Shown in pieces: positions 10,865 through 20,598 of a stretch of 64,000 bases of DNA. Position numbers and translations under genes: made by a program. Under the pieces are notes generated by a model. The model saw only the letters and a program-made list of their open reading frames with translations, did not search any database and was not told the DNA's origin. The DNA comes from Oscillibacter sp. MSJ-31 (GTDB taxonomy: Bacteria > Bacteroidota > Bacteroidia > Bacteroidales > Bacteroidaceae), in NCBI GenBank assembly GCA_963629785.1, contig CAVGJZ010000008.1, forward strand, positions 6,938 to 70,937. Reading direction: 5' to 3'. The stretch's first letter is position 1. Each line of letters opens with the position of its first letter.

Positions 10865-10909
10865 GAAAAATGCCAACTTTGCTGTCGGATTGCAAAGTTA
10901 GCATTTTTT
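10865..10909 (-). terminator. Intrinsic terminator after the HMA gene (hairpin is also T-flanked on the plus strand)
   Basis: On the minus-strand RNA, AUGCUAACUUUGC pairs with GCAAAGUUGGCAU (13 bp with one G-U), the loop is 9 nt, and U5 follows. Confidence 0.7.
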
Positions 10910-10930
10910 ATTCACAAAGACAAGGCGACA

Positions 10931-11257
10931 CTACATATCGCACGCCTCCGCATGGGATTTCTCCACCTTCTCTCCCTCTTTCAGTTCCCTTGCGTCATAA
11001 CCAATCTTCTCAAAAGCCTTGATGATGTTTCCGACGGTGGTCTTGTCAGCGTCGTAGGTTATGGTGACGGTCTGGTCGGGCACGCTGGTGACGATTTTCT
11101 TCACTCCGCGTTCAAAGCGGATGTTACCCTTTATTTTCTTCTCGCACGACTCGCAGTGCATCTGCGGATCGGTGGTGAGAACAACTGTCTTGATGTCTTT
11201 GGCATAAATACTGACTGCCATAAGCGACATCACAAATAATGATAAGAACTTTTTCAT
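10931..11257 (-). CDS. Secreted heavy-metal-associated (HMA) domain protein, putative periplasmic Cu chaperone
   Basis: Signal peptide MKKFLSLFVMSLMAVSIYA, metal-binding MHCESCEKKI (MxCxxC) and a ferredoxin-like HMA pattern. Confidence 0.85.
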   Translation of the reverse strand: MKKFLSLFVMSLMAVSIYAKDIKTVVLTTDPQMHCESCEKKIKGNIRFERGVKKIVTSVPDQTVTITYDADKTTVGNIIKAFEKIGYDARELKEGEKVEKSHAEACDM

Positions 11258-11314
11258 TTTACTCTGTTTTTTGTTTCGGACAGGTTCTGCGAATAGCTCA
11301 ACCCATCATTTAAA

Positions 11315-13276
11315 TTATTGCTTACGATGGAGATTTATAGACCCCACCTTCAATCTTAAAGAATTGAGTACCACGCTCAGGCTCGACAATGCCATGAGCG
11401 CACTCGCCCACATTGGCGAAATCTGGAAATCAATCCCGAAGAGATACAACACCCCTGCTGCCACCGGCACACATACTATATTATATACGAATGCCCAGAA
11501 AAGATTCTGCCATATCATGCGACACGTGGCGCGCCCCACGGCAAAAGCCTCCGGCAGTGCCATCATGTCGTCGCCAAGGAGCGTAACCTGCGCCGCATCA
11601 ATAGCCACGTCGGTGCCGCGCCCTATGGCGACAGCCACATCGGCAGTGGCGAGAGCCTGCGTGTCGTTGATGCCGTCGCCAACCATCGCCACCCGCTTTC
11701 CTTCCTTTTGCAGTTGTGCCACGAGAGCCTGCTTGTCGCCGGGTTTCACACCACTGCGGTAGTTCTTTATGCCGGCCTTGCCAGCCCAGTAAGCCACAGC
11801 CTCAACCTTGTCGCCGCTCATCATATACACCTCTATACCTTCCTTCCGCAATGCCTCGACAGCCTCGCGCGCATTGGGCTTCAGTGTTTCGCGCTCCTCA
11901 AGCGAGAGTTCGTCGGCTTTGGTAAAGTCGATGTTGCGGTTGGGTATAGTCAGCGTACCCGTCTTGTCTATCACCACAGCATCAACGCCGCGCATCTTCT
12001 CCAGTGCGGCGGCATCCTTTATCAGGGCGTGGTTCTCCGCCGCTTTCCCCATACCCACCATGAGGGCAGTGGGAGTGGCAAGTCCCATGGCGCAGGGACA
12101 GGCAACCACCAGCACCGACACCGCCGACATCACGGCATGCGGCAAGGCTTCAGTTCCGCCTATCGCCCACCACAGGAGAAACGTTACAAGAGAAATGCCT
12201 GCCACCACCGGCACGAACACACGTGCCGCCATATCAACAAGGCGTTGCACGGGAGCTTTGGAAGCCTGCGCCTCCTGCACGAGACGAATTATCTGTGCCA
12301 GAGCAGTATTCTCCCCCACCTGCTGTGCCCTCATTCTCAGTTTGCCCTGGTTGGGTATTGTTCCGGCCAAGACCTTGTCGCCGCTGCGTTTCGCCACGGG
12401 CGACGGCTCACCGCTAATCATAGACTCATCGACAAACGACGCTGCGGCATCCATAAAGCTTTCCGCCGCAGTAACGATGCCATCGACAGGTATCTTCTCC
12501 CCTGCCCTAACCTCGATTATATCGCCGTATGTTATGGCAGACACGGGCACCTCGTCCAATTCATCGCCGTTCACCACGCGCGCCGTCTTGGGCTGCATAC
12601 CGAGCAACTGACGTATGCTCGATGCCGTACCGTCTTTCGCCTTTTCCTCTATGCACCGTCCGGCGAGCACAAAGGCTATAATCATCACGGAGGCATCGAA
12701 ATATGTGTGCCACTCCATGCCTCGCGCTCCCCATACGCTGTCGCCCCAGAAGGTGTTGAAGGCACTGAAGAGGAACGCGACAAGGGTGCTCAGGGCTATG
12801 AGCGAATCCATGTTCGCCGTTTTATGCAGGATTTGTCTGTAGGCGGACACATAGAACTGTCTGCCGCAATACACCATATTCAGCAGTGCGAGGATGAGAC
12901 ATGTCTGGTTGGCGAAGCTGTTGTTCGTTCCACAGCCGTCACTGCCTGAAATGTTTATCCATCCCATAGATACCGCCATCGTGAGGACTGCGAAAATCCA
13001 CGACACGAGAGTCTTGCGCACGAGAACAGAATATTCATGCCGCTGCAATTCCTCTACATTGCGGTCCGGCTCTATCACCATGTCGTAGCCTATGGCACTG
13101 ATTTCGTCTTTCATCTGCTGCAAGGATATGACGGAAGGGTCGTAATCGACGAGTGCCGTCCTGCCGGCAAGCGACACCGACGCGCTGTTCACCCCACCAA
13201 GCGACGAGAGCTTGCGCTCCACGTTGGCGGCACACACCGAGCACGCCATTCCCATTATAGCTATCGTCTGTTTCAT
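11315..13276 (-). CDS. copA: Heavy-metal translocating P1B-type ATPase, Cu(I)-type signature
   Basis: N-terminal GMACSVC, then CPC in the TM region, DKTGTLT and GDGINDTQAL. The TM7 pattern N-x6-YN-x4-P (NLFWAFVYNIVCVP) and the TM8 motif MALSS fit the P1B-1 (Cu/Ag) class. Confidence 0.9.
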   Translation of the reverse strand: MKQTIAIMGMACSVCAANVERKLSSLGGVNSASVSLAGRTALVDYDPSVISLQQMKDEISAIGYDMVIEPDRNVEELQRHEYSVLVRKTLVSWIFAVLTMAVSMGWINISGSDGCGTNNSFANQTCLILALLNMVYCGRQFYVSAYRQILHKTANMDSLIALSTLVAFLFSAFNTFWGDSVWGARGMEWHTYFDASVMIIAFVLAGRCIEEKAKDGTASSIRQLLGMQPKTARVVNGDELDEVPVSAITYGDIIEVRAGEKIPVDGIVTAAESFMDAAASFVDESMISGEPSPVAKRSGDKVLAGTIPNQGKLRMRAQQVGENTALAQIIRLVQEAQASKAPVQRLVDMAARVFVPVVAGISLVTFLLWWAIGGTEALPHAVMSAVSVLVVACPCAMGLATPTALMVGMGKAAENHALIKDAAALEKMRGVDAVVIDKTGTLTIPNRNIDFTKADELSLEERETLKPNAREAVEALRKEGIEVYMMSGDKVEAVAYWAGKAGIKNYRSGVKPGDKQALVAQLQKEGKRVAMVGDGINDTQALATADVAVAIGRGTDVAIDAAQVTLLGDDMMALPEAFAVGRATCRMIWQNLFWAFVYNIVCVPVAAGVLYLFGIDFQISPMWASALMALSSLSVVLNSLRLKVGSINLHRKQ

Positions 13277-13305
13277 AATACCTATTTGTTGTCAGTCTAA
13301 CGCCT

Positions 13306-15351
13306 TTATATTGTCAGTCTGATGCCTGCATAGAACATTCTGCCCTGCACGGGTCCCCACACCATTGTAGGGTCAAATTCCTTAGCCCACGGATTGTCGG
13401 CATTTATTATAAGCTTCTTCTGCTTGAAATCCGTGAGGTTCTCTCCTCCCACATACACTGAGAACCTCCTGAACCATCTGGTCACCTGAACCGACAATTG
13501 CTCGTAGGCGCTGAAACGGCTGTCCCACGACATCGTGCCGTCGGCAAGCCGGTATGGCTCGGGCATACGTCCTCCGCCGTTTAGCTGTAGGGTGGCGTCG
13601 AACTGCCATAGTTCGAGCGGTGTCTTGTAAGAGATGGCGAGCAGTGCCTTGTACCTGCTCTGAAGCGGTTTCTCAAGCAGCTGTCCGCCGTATGTGGACT
13701 TCACGTCGTTGTAACGGTAGGCAAGCGTCACGCTGAGGCGTTCCACCGGTTCGTAAGTGGCGTCAGCCTGCAAGGTGTGTGAATAAGACTTGCCATTGAG
13801 GTTGGATATACGTATCTCGAAGGGGTTGCTGTCGTAGTCCACCACGGCCTGGTTGCTGAACCGCGTGTAGAAATACTCCACGTTGAGTTTCATCAGCCTG
13901 CCGAAGAGATTGAAGTTCCATGCCGTAGAAGCCCCGTAGTTCCACGCCCTTTCCTGGTCGAGATTGTCAATGATGAACGTTCTGCCGCTGGCGAGCAGGT
14001 AATTGTTCTCGGCAAGAGCGTGGACAGACCTGTATGCCTTGCCTGCCGAGAGGCGCAGACTCACGAAGTCTGCCGGAGTGAATTTCACATTGAAGCGCGG
14101 CGTATAGAACGTGCCGTAGAGGGAGCTGTGGTCTACCCGCAGACCTGCCATTGCAGTTATCTTGTGGTTCCAGTCGAAGGTGTACTGCGCATAAGCCCCG
14201 GGCACCGTCTCCTTCTCGTTAAGGTCGTGATGCCGCGAGTTGTCCTCGTTCAGGAAATAATGCTGCTTCAGGTAGTCGTGGTTAAGACTCAGACCAGCCG
14301 ACAGGTTGTGCATCTTTGTGAAATTCGTCTCGAACACGAGCGAGGCATAGAGATTCTTCTCGTTCACGTCGTAGGTCTTAAGCCCATACACGGCATCTAG
14401 GTCGTGCATTGAGGCGGAGGTCATGAGAGCCACGTTTGTCCCGTTCTCCTTATTTATTATATACGCGTGCTTCATGTAGCCCTCGAAGCGTTTCGTGTCC
14501 ATGCTTATCTTGTATCGGGAAGGATACGCCCCGTACTGGTCGTCGTCTACCGATGCCGATGCCGCAGCACTGGCTGTATGGTCATGCGCTTGTCCGCTCT
14601 CGCGTTTCTCAAGGAGAGCTGCTATGCCGCCATGGAATATATACCTGTCGCCGACGTACACCCAGCGGTTCTGCAGGTGTCCCTGTCTTACGGCAGGCTT
14701 GTCGATAAAGCCGTCGCCGTTTTCATCATGCTTGGTGAACTGGTCCTCGTAGTGGGCGAGCACCTCGGTGGAGAGTTTCTTGTTGAGATGGAAATTCGAC
14801 GTTACATTGGCCTCAACCCTCGTGTCGGTATCGCCGAAAAGGTTTATCTCCGTCTTCGGGTCGTCTTCGGGCTTGAGGAAATTCACGTTGATTTGTCCTG
14901 TAATCGACTCGTAGCCGTATTTCACCGAAGCGCATCCCTTTGACACTTGGATGGAGTTCATCCAAGGTCCCGGCACATAGCCTAGCGAATACGGCGTGGC
15001 GGCGCCGCGATAGTTGGGCAGGTTCTCAGTGAGCATCTGCACGTAAGTCCCGGCAAGCCCGAGGAGCTTTATCTGTTTCGCCCCGGTGGTGGCATCGCTG
15101 TAGTTCACGTCCACCGAGGCATTGTTCTGGAAACTCTCGCCAAGGTTGCAGCAGGCAGCCTTGAAGAGTTCCTGCCGCCCCATTACCATACCGTTTATAG
15201 CTCCGCCCAAACGCCGCGAGGCACTGGACTTGACTGTCACGCCCTGCAGCTTGTGCTCCGCGTGGATTGAATCGTTTGTATTGTCTGTGCCCTGCGCCGA
15301 TGCTGTTACTGATGCAAGGGCAAGAAGCGAAGGCATAATGATTTTGTTCAT
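13306..15351 (-). CDS. TonB-dependent receptor (plug plus beta-barrel), substrate unknown
   Basis: Signal peptide, a plug region containing vicinal cysteines (KAACCNLGESF), and a C-terminal barrel ending YAGIRLTI. Confidence 0.88.
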   Translation of the reverse strand: MNKIIMPSLLALASVTASAQGTDNTNDSIHAEHKLQGVTVKSSASRRLGGAINGMVMGRQELFKAACCNLGESFQNNASVDVNYSDATTGAKQIKLLGLAGTYVQMLTENLPNYRGAATPYSLGYVPGPWMNSIQVSKGCASVKYGYESITGQINVNFLKPEDDPKTEINLFGDTDTRVEANVTSNFHLNKKLSTEVLAHYEDQFTKHDENGDGFIDKPAVRQGHLQNRWVYVGDRYIFHGGIAALLEKRESGQAHDHTASAAASASVDDDQYGAYPSRYKISMDTKRFEGYMKHAYIINKENGTNVALMTSASMHDLDAVYGLKTYDVNEKNLYASLVFETNFTKMHNLSAGLSLNHDYLKQHYFLNEDNSRHHDLNEKETVPGAYAQYTFDWNHKITAMAGLRVDHSSLYGTFYTPRFNVKFTPADFVSLRLSAGKAYRSVHALAENNYLLASGRTFIIDNLDQERAWNYGASTAWNFNLFGRLMKLNVEYFYTRFSNQAVVDYDSNPFEIRISNLNGKSYSHTLQADATYEPVERLSVTLAYRYNDVKSTYGGQLLEKPLQSRYKALLAISYKTPLELWQFDATLQLNGGGRMPEPYRLADGTMSWDSRFSAYEQLSVQVTRWFRRFSVYVGGENLTDFKQKKLIINADNPWAKEFDPTMVWGPVQGRMFYAGIRLTI

Positions 15352-15532
15352 CTTTCCTGTTGATTTGATTTTGCAAAAGACGGGAATTATAGTCCCCTCT
15401 CAAAAATGATAACATTATTATTTTCCCGCCGCAAAGATACGGCTATCCACACTGCAACCCGGTTGCAATGTGAAAGGCTGCGGCAGAAAAACAGTTTCTC
15501 ACGCTATCGGCGCAAGCGCCGAAATGACAAAA

Positions 15533-15994
15533 TCAAATCTGCAGTACTGTGATGAGGCGCAGATAACCGCGCGGTGGTCCGTGCCTGCCCCCGGAGGGTA
15601 TCCGCCGGAACTCCGCCGTCACCGCAGGATGTTCCTTGATGTCATTGCCGAGAAACTCCGGCACGACAGTAAAGAGCGGATGGAAATCAAAACAAAAGCC
15701 GTTTGAAGAGTCTATAGGCTGCGGCTTTATCAGCTTATAGTCCATGCATGGAATTTCTCCCACAGAGGCGTTGCAGTCGTGGCAACAGTGGTCTTCCTCG
15801 TCCATGCCGCAACATTCCTCCATGCCGTCATCATTGCTGCAAGACTGCTGCACAACGGCATTGCCGGCTGCGGCAAGTTGCGCCACGCTCAGTTCCCCGG
15901 TGTGGCTACATCGAATAAGCGTAATGCCCGAACCCGCCATCACGACGAGCGCGGACAAAACAATGACACTTAATATTACGCTTATTCTTTTCAT
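15533..15994 (-). CDS. Membrane-anchored Cys/His/acidic-rich small protein (possibly HYC_CC_PP-like)
   Basis: One N-terminal TM helix, then CSH...SCSNDDGMEECCGMDEEDHCCHDC...HGPP. It is the first gene of the TBDR-copA-HMA string. The family name is recalled from memory and not verified. Confidence 0.65.
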   Translation of the reverse strand: MKRISVILSVIVLSALVVMAGSGITLIRCSHTGELSVAQLAAAGNAVVQQSCSNDDGMEECCGMDEEDHCCHDCNASVGEIPCMDYKLIKPQPIDSSNGFCFDFHPLFTVVPEFLGNDIKEHPAVTAEFRRIPSGGRHGPPRGYLRLITVLQI

Positions 15995-16002
15995 TCAGCC
16001 GT

Positions 16003-16773
16003 TCATTTAGCCGTTTCTTTTCCGCTACGCTTAGTGCGCTTGTAGCTGCGGTATTCATCCAGAGGTATCTCTACATCAGATTCTTCGAGCGCGCCCTCCG
16101 CCGGCAAACGGAACTTCATATATTTGATGTTGAGACCGCGCTCTATCCACTGGTTTTCATAATACGTGTGGATTGACAGTATGGAGCGGGTATCGTCGTC
16201 GAGAGTATCGTCGTGATATAAGTCCTCCGTCATCGTCAATACCGGCAGACCGTTCTTCTCCACCATATATTTGGTATAGGTGAAGAGGAAATTGGAGTCG
16301 GTCTTCAGATGCACGAGTCCACCGTCCACGAGGAAACGGCGGTAACGCTCCATAAAATACGTGCTTGTGAGGCGTTTGCGCGGATTCTTCATCTGCGGGT
16401 CGCTGAACGTGAGCCATATTTCCTGCACCTCGCCGGAAGCGAAGAACCGGTCGATAATCTCGATGTTGGTTCTCAGGAACGCCGCGTTGGCGAGATTTTC
16501 CTCCAGAGCCTGTTTCGCCCCGGTGTGCATACGCGCCCCCTTTATATCAACCCCTATGAAATTGATGTCGGGGAACATCCGCGCCAACCCCACCGTGTAT
16601 TCGCCCTTGCCGCAGCCCAGCTCCAGCACTATGGGGTTGTCGTTGTGGAAATATTCCTCGCGCCATTTGCCCTTCATTTCGAACGGCACGTTGTCAATCA
16701 CCGAAAACGGATACTGGAAGACATTCTCAAATGTCTCCATCTCCGCAAATTTCTGCAGTTTTCCTTTACTCAT
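16003..16773 (-). CDS. trmB: tRNA (guanine-N7)-methyltransferase
   Basis: SAM motif [11 protein letters not shown] and TrmB-like sequence throughout. Confidence 0.9.
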   Translation of the reverse strand: MSKGKLQKFAEMETFENVFQYPFSVIDNVPFEMKGKWREEYFHNDNPIVLELGCGKGEYTVGLARMFPDINFIGVDIKGARMHTGAKQALEENLANAAFLRTNIEIIDRFFASGEVQEIWLTFSDPQMKNPRKRLTSTYFMERYRRFLVDGGLVHLKTDSNFLFTYTKYMVEKNGLPVLTMTEDLYHDDTLDDDTRSILSIHTYYENQWIERGLNIKYMKFRLPAEGALEESDVEIPLDEYRSYKRTKRSGKETAK

Positions 16774-16808
16774 GTATTTTTATAAGTGCATGGGGTAAAA
16801 GTTCTCCA

Positions 16809-17831
16809 CTAATCTATAACGACCTTTGTCCATCCGTGAACGTCAGGCTCAATGCCGTACTGGATGTTGCGAAGGTGTGTGTACAGTTTCTCCGACACCG
16901 GTCCCGGTTTGCCGTCCTTGCTGAAGGTGTAGCGTTTGCCGGTATCGAGGTCGTCGATGTAGGATATCGGACTTATCACCGCTGCCGTGCCGCAGGCTCC
17001 GGCCTCCTCGAAGGTATCGAGTTCCTCTTCCGGTATCTGGCGGCGTTCCACCTTCATGCCGTAGTCCTCGGCAAGCTGCATAAGGCTCTTGTTCGTAATG
17101 CTGGGCAGGATGGATGTGGACTTGGGAGTAACGTAGGTATTGTTCTTTATACCGAAGAAGTTGGCGGCTCCGCATTCGTCCATGTATTTCTTCTCCTTCG
17201 CGTCGAGATAGAACTCGCAGGCATACCCCTTCTCATGTGCTATGTGGTTGGCCAGCATCGAGGCGGCATAGTTTCCGCCCACCTTGTATTTGCCTGTGCC
17301 GAGAGGCGCGGAGCGGTCGTACTCGCGGATTATCACGTAGGGGTTGGTAGAGAAACCGCCTTTGAAATACGGTCCCACAGGTGTGACGAAGATAAGGAAG
17401 CAGTATTCCGATGCCGGGTGTACTCCCACCTGTGCGCTCGTTCCGATGAGCAGCGGACGGATATAGAGCGAAGCCCCGCTCTCGTATGTCGGGATGTATT
17501 CCTGGTTGAGGCGCACCACCTTGGTCACCATTTCCTCAAACAACTCCGTAGACACCTCGGGCATCATCACGCCGCGGCAGGTAGACTGCAGGCGCGCTGC
17601 ATTCTCGTCCATGCGGAACACTCTCACCTTGCCATCGGGACAACGGAATGCCTTTAGTCCCTCAAATGCTTCCTGTCCATAGTGGAGACATGTGGCAGCC
17701 ATGTGAAGGTTGAGATACTCGTCGGAGCAAACTTCTATTTCGCCCCATTTGCCATCGCGGTAGTAGCAACGCACATTATAGTCAGTACGGCGGTAGCCGA
17801 ATGACAGGTTAGACCAGTCCAAGTCTTTCAT
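16809..17831 (-). CDS. ilvE: Branched-chain amino acid aminotransferase (class IV)
   Basis: 340 aa with IlvE-like sequence (FEGLKAF, GTGKYKVGGNYAAS). Confidence 0.9.
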   Translation of the reverse strand: MKDLDWSNLSFGYRRTDYNVRCYYRDGKWGEIEVCSDEYLNLHMAATCLHYGQEAFEGLKAFRCPDGKVRVFRMDENAARLQSTCRGVMMPEVSTELFEEMVTKVVRLNQEYIPTYESGASLYIRPLLIGTSAQVGVHPASEYCFLIFVTPVGPYFKGGFSTNPYVIIREYDRSAPLGTGKYKVGGNYAASMLANHIAHEKGYACEFYLDAKEKKYMDECGAANFFGIKNNTYVTPKSTSILPSITNKSLMQLAEDYGMKVERRQIPEEELDTFEEAGACGTAAVISPISYIDDLDTGKRYTFSKDGKPGPVSEKLYTHLRNIQYGIEPDVHGWTKVVID

Positions 17832-17967
17832 TTTTCTTGTTTTTTAAAGTGTTCTTTATTTTCGACTGCAATAGTACGAAATATTCTACTCCCCTGCAAC
17901 TTTCACCGCAGTTTTTTGTCTAAAGTCAGACGCCAAGGCCTGCGTTGCAACAATGCCGGGTGGCCGA

Positions 17968-18174
17968 TTAGTCGTTTTCGTCGAGAAGCTTTTTGATTTC
18001 CTCGTCCGTCTTGGTGAGTTTGTCCTTACAGAGCTTTACCAGTTCCTTTGCCCGTTTCAACTGTTCCGTGAGCTGGTCGATGTCGAGTTCGTCCCTCTCC
18101 ATCCTGCTTACTATCGTCTCAAGCTCGCTCACCGCCTCTTCGTATTTAATTACTTTTTTCGCCATTGTCGTCAT
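17968..18174 (-). CDS. xseB: Exodeoxyribonuclease VII small subunit
   Basis: 68-aa helical protein. YEEAVSELETIVSRMERDELDIDQL is typical of XseB. Confidence 0.85.
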   Translation of the reverse strand: MTTMAKKVIKYEEAVSELETIVSRMERDELDIDQLTEQLKRAKELVKLCKDKLTKTDEEIKKLLDEND

Positions 18175-18573
18175 TTGGGATTATACCTACAACCTACACT
18201 TGGTGAGACTTAAAAAATTCCACCTTAAAAGTTGATGATGCAAAACTACATCTTTTTCCGGACATCGCCAAACGGTTCTATGTTGAACTTACGAGCATTT
18301 CCCTGAACGTGCGCCATTTTGGCCCACATGGCAGGATGCCCAATTCTTCCAGCCACATACTATGTGAAGCTGCACAAAATGCAAGTGAGTTTTGTACGTC
18401 TCATATAATTGCCGTAACTTTGCGGACATCGAGACACTGGCGTGACGGCACATGCCGCAAGCTTTCCCGAAACGCCAGATAATTATCAGCCCTGCCTAGC
18501 AATGGGAAGTATCATAATGGAAAAAAGAGATTTATCAACACCCTCTCAGAGGGATTAATTGCACCCATTATAA

Positions 18574-19584
18574 ATGGATTGGAACAATTTTAGCTTTATT
18601 GACTTATTTGCCGGTATCGGCGGCATCAGACTGGGTTTTGAAGCAGCCGGAGGGCATTGTGTGTTTTCTTCTGAATTTGACGAAAATGCCTGCAAGACTT
18701 ATGAAGCAAACTTCGACGAGCATCCCTCTGGCGACATAACAAAAATCGACGCAAATGATATTCCGGACTTCGATATTCTCCTTGGCGGCTTTCCATGCCA
18801 AGCATTTTCCATCATAGGGAAAAAAGAAGGATTTGAAAATGAAACTTGCGGAACCTTGTTTTTTGAGATAGAGAGAATCCTAAAAGCAAAAATGCCCAAG
18901 GCTTTTATGCTTGAAAATGTAAGAAATCTGACGGCCCACGACAAGGGGAACACCTTCAAGGTGATACGAACCCATCTGGAAGCTTTGGGGTACACCGTCT
19001 ATGCCAAGGTTTTGAATGCGCTGGACTATGGTGTTCCACAAAAGAGAGAGAGGATTATTATCGTTGGCTTCAAGGACAACATATTCTTTTCATTTCCTGA
19101 CCCTGTGCCTGTTTACAAACGGAAAACTCTCAAGGACATTTTAGAGGACGACGTGGACGAGAAATACTATGTCAGGGATAAAATCAGAGAGTCAAGGCTC
19201 ATGCGCCTAAAAGACCCCAATTATCCCAAGCCATATATTTCGCATGAGAATATGGCCGGCAGCATTACGCCGCACCCCTACTCCTCTTGTCTGAGAGCAG
19301 GCGCTTCCGCCAACTACATACTGATAAACGACGAGCGGCGCCCGACGGAACGGGAGATGCTAAGAATACAAGGGTTTCCTGATGATTTCAAGATAGTAGT
19401 TCCATATAGTCAAGTGAAGCATCAAACCGGCAATTCCGTAGCTGTCCCTGTCATCAAAGCTGTCGCAAAACAAATGATTGACGCATTGAAAACTTTTGAA
19501 TCAAGCAAGAACAATGATAACAAGAGAACAAGCAAAAGCAGCTTTAGACACAGTCATCAAGAAATCCAGAGCACACTGGTATAA
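18574..19584 (+). CDS. DNA (cytosine-5)-methyltransferase, type II R-M
   Basis: C5-MTase motifs appear in order: FAGIGG (I), GFPCQAFS (IV), ENV (VI), QKRER (VIII), GNSVAVPV (X). The region looks AT-richer than its flanks. Confidence 0.92.
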   Translation: MDWNNFSFIDLFAGIGGIRLGFEAAGGHCVFSSEFDENACKTYEANFDEHPSGDITKIDANDIPDFDILLGGFPCQAFSIIGKKEGFENETCGTLFFEIERILKAKMPKAFMLENVRNLTAHDKGNTFKVIRTHLEALGYTVYAKVLNALDYGVPQKRERIIIVGFKDNIFFSFPDPVPVYKRKTLKDILEDDVDEKYYVRDKIRESRLMRLKDPNYPKPYISHENMAGSITPHPYSSCLRAGASANYILINDERRPTEREMLRIQGFPDDFKIVVPYSQVKHQTGNSVAVPVIKAVAKQMIDALKTFESSKNNDNKRTSKSSFRHSHQEIQSTLV

Positions 19585-20569
19585 GCCAATACAAGTGGCG
19601 GAAATCCTGTATAGAGACAGGGTTCACAAAGACATAAAGCTCCGCTCATTGGAAGACTATAGAACGAAGAGCAAGAAATGGAGAGACGAGGTGTCCATCG
19701 GGTTACTTGGAAGGGTCTGCACGAGCAGCACCCGATTCCAAGACGACCTGTTTAACGACAACGCAACTCCTCCTGCCATTCTTGAAGTTTTGGGAAAAGA
19801 AAATCGCCGGACTAAAGGTGCAGTAGAGGCATACATCTACAGTAAGTTTGACACCAAACATGAGCAGCTGTCAAACGCATTGTCTTATTGTCTGGATGGA
19901 GACACCAAGACATTTATGGTGAAGAACTTTATAGACTCTTTCTGGAATGAGCCGGGATTGAAGAGAAGTCTTGATAAGATCTATGAAATCATTGTGTACG
20001 CCTTATTTTCAACATTGGTTGACACCATGAATCTTGAAGTTGAAGTCACTGTAAAAGAAGACGCTTATCCTTTGCTAAAGGAGTTTGAAGACTTTACACA
20101 AAAAGTGATGTGTTTAGACTGTTCATCTCCGCGACACATACAAGAAGCGAAGGTCTATCGGGTTGGTGTAACAAATGCTGCTGACAGAGGTCTGGACATG
20201 TATTCAAATTGGGGACCTGCTATCCAGATTAAACACTTGAGCCTGGACTTTTCTCTTGCAGAAAACATTGTAAACAGCATTTCGAGTGACCGTATTGTAA
20301 TTGTTTGCAAAGATGCAGAAAAAGACGTGATAGTGTCTCTTCTAACCCAAATCGGTTTGAGAAGCCACATCCAGGGCATTGTCACTGAAAATGATTTAGT
20401 CGACTGGTACGAGAAAGCCCTTCGGGGAAGTTACTCCGACCAATTGGGGGAAAAGCTTCTTTATTGCCTTGCGAGCGAAATAGCGGAAGAGTTTCCTTCG
20501 GCAGACAGAACTCCTGATATAATAAAGGAGAGACACTACGAATTGATTTCAGACCCGTTCTGGCAATAA
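19496..20569 (+). CDS. Putative type II restriction endonuclease partner of the C5 methyltransferase
   Basis: It overlaps the 3' end of the MTase gene on the same strand. A candidate PD-(D/E)xK core is GLDMYSNWGPAIQIKH. The alternative start is 19514 (MITREQ). The family is not assigned. Confidence 0.7.
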   Translation: MNQARTMITREQAKAALDTVIKKSRAHWYKPIQVAEILYRDRVHKDIKLRSLEDYRTKSKKWRDEVSIGLLGRVCTSSTRFQDDLFNDNATPPAILEVLGKENRRTKGAVEAYIYSKFDTKHEQLSNALSYCLDGDTKTFMVKNFIDSFWNEPGLKRSLDKIYEIIVYALFSTLVDTMNLEVEVTVKEDAYPLLKEFEDFTQKVMCLDCSSPRHIQEAKVYRVGVTNAADRGLDMYSNWGPAIQIKHLSLDFSLAENIVNSISSDRIVIVCKDAEKDVIVSLLTQIGLRSHIQGIVTENDLVDWYEKALRGSYSDQLGEKLLYCLASEIAEEFPSADRTPDIIKERHYELISDPFWQ

Positions 20570-20598
20570 AGCAAGTGACGACAAAAAAAAACACCACA

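Noticed and set aside
18182-18189. 8-mer TATACCTA (reverse complement TAGGTATA) left of the R-M cassette as the missing left TIR of element copy A
   Set aside because: Only 8 bp match and the orientation is wrong for a left terminus. About two such matches are expected by chance in 64 kb counted on both strands.
18241-18370. Short minus-strand ORF (MWLEELGILPCGPKWRTFREMLVSST) in the gap upstream of the methyltransferase, considered as a gene remnant or controller protein
   Set aside because: It is only 26 codons with no recognisable motif or HTH, and cannot be supported from sequence alone.
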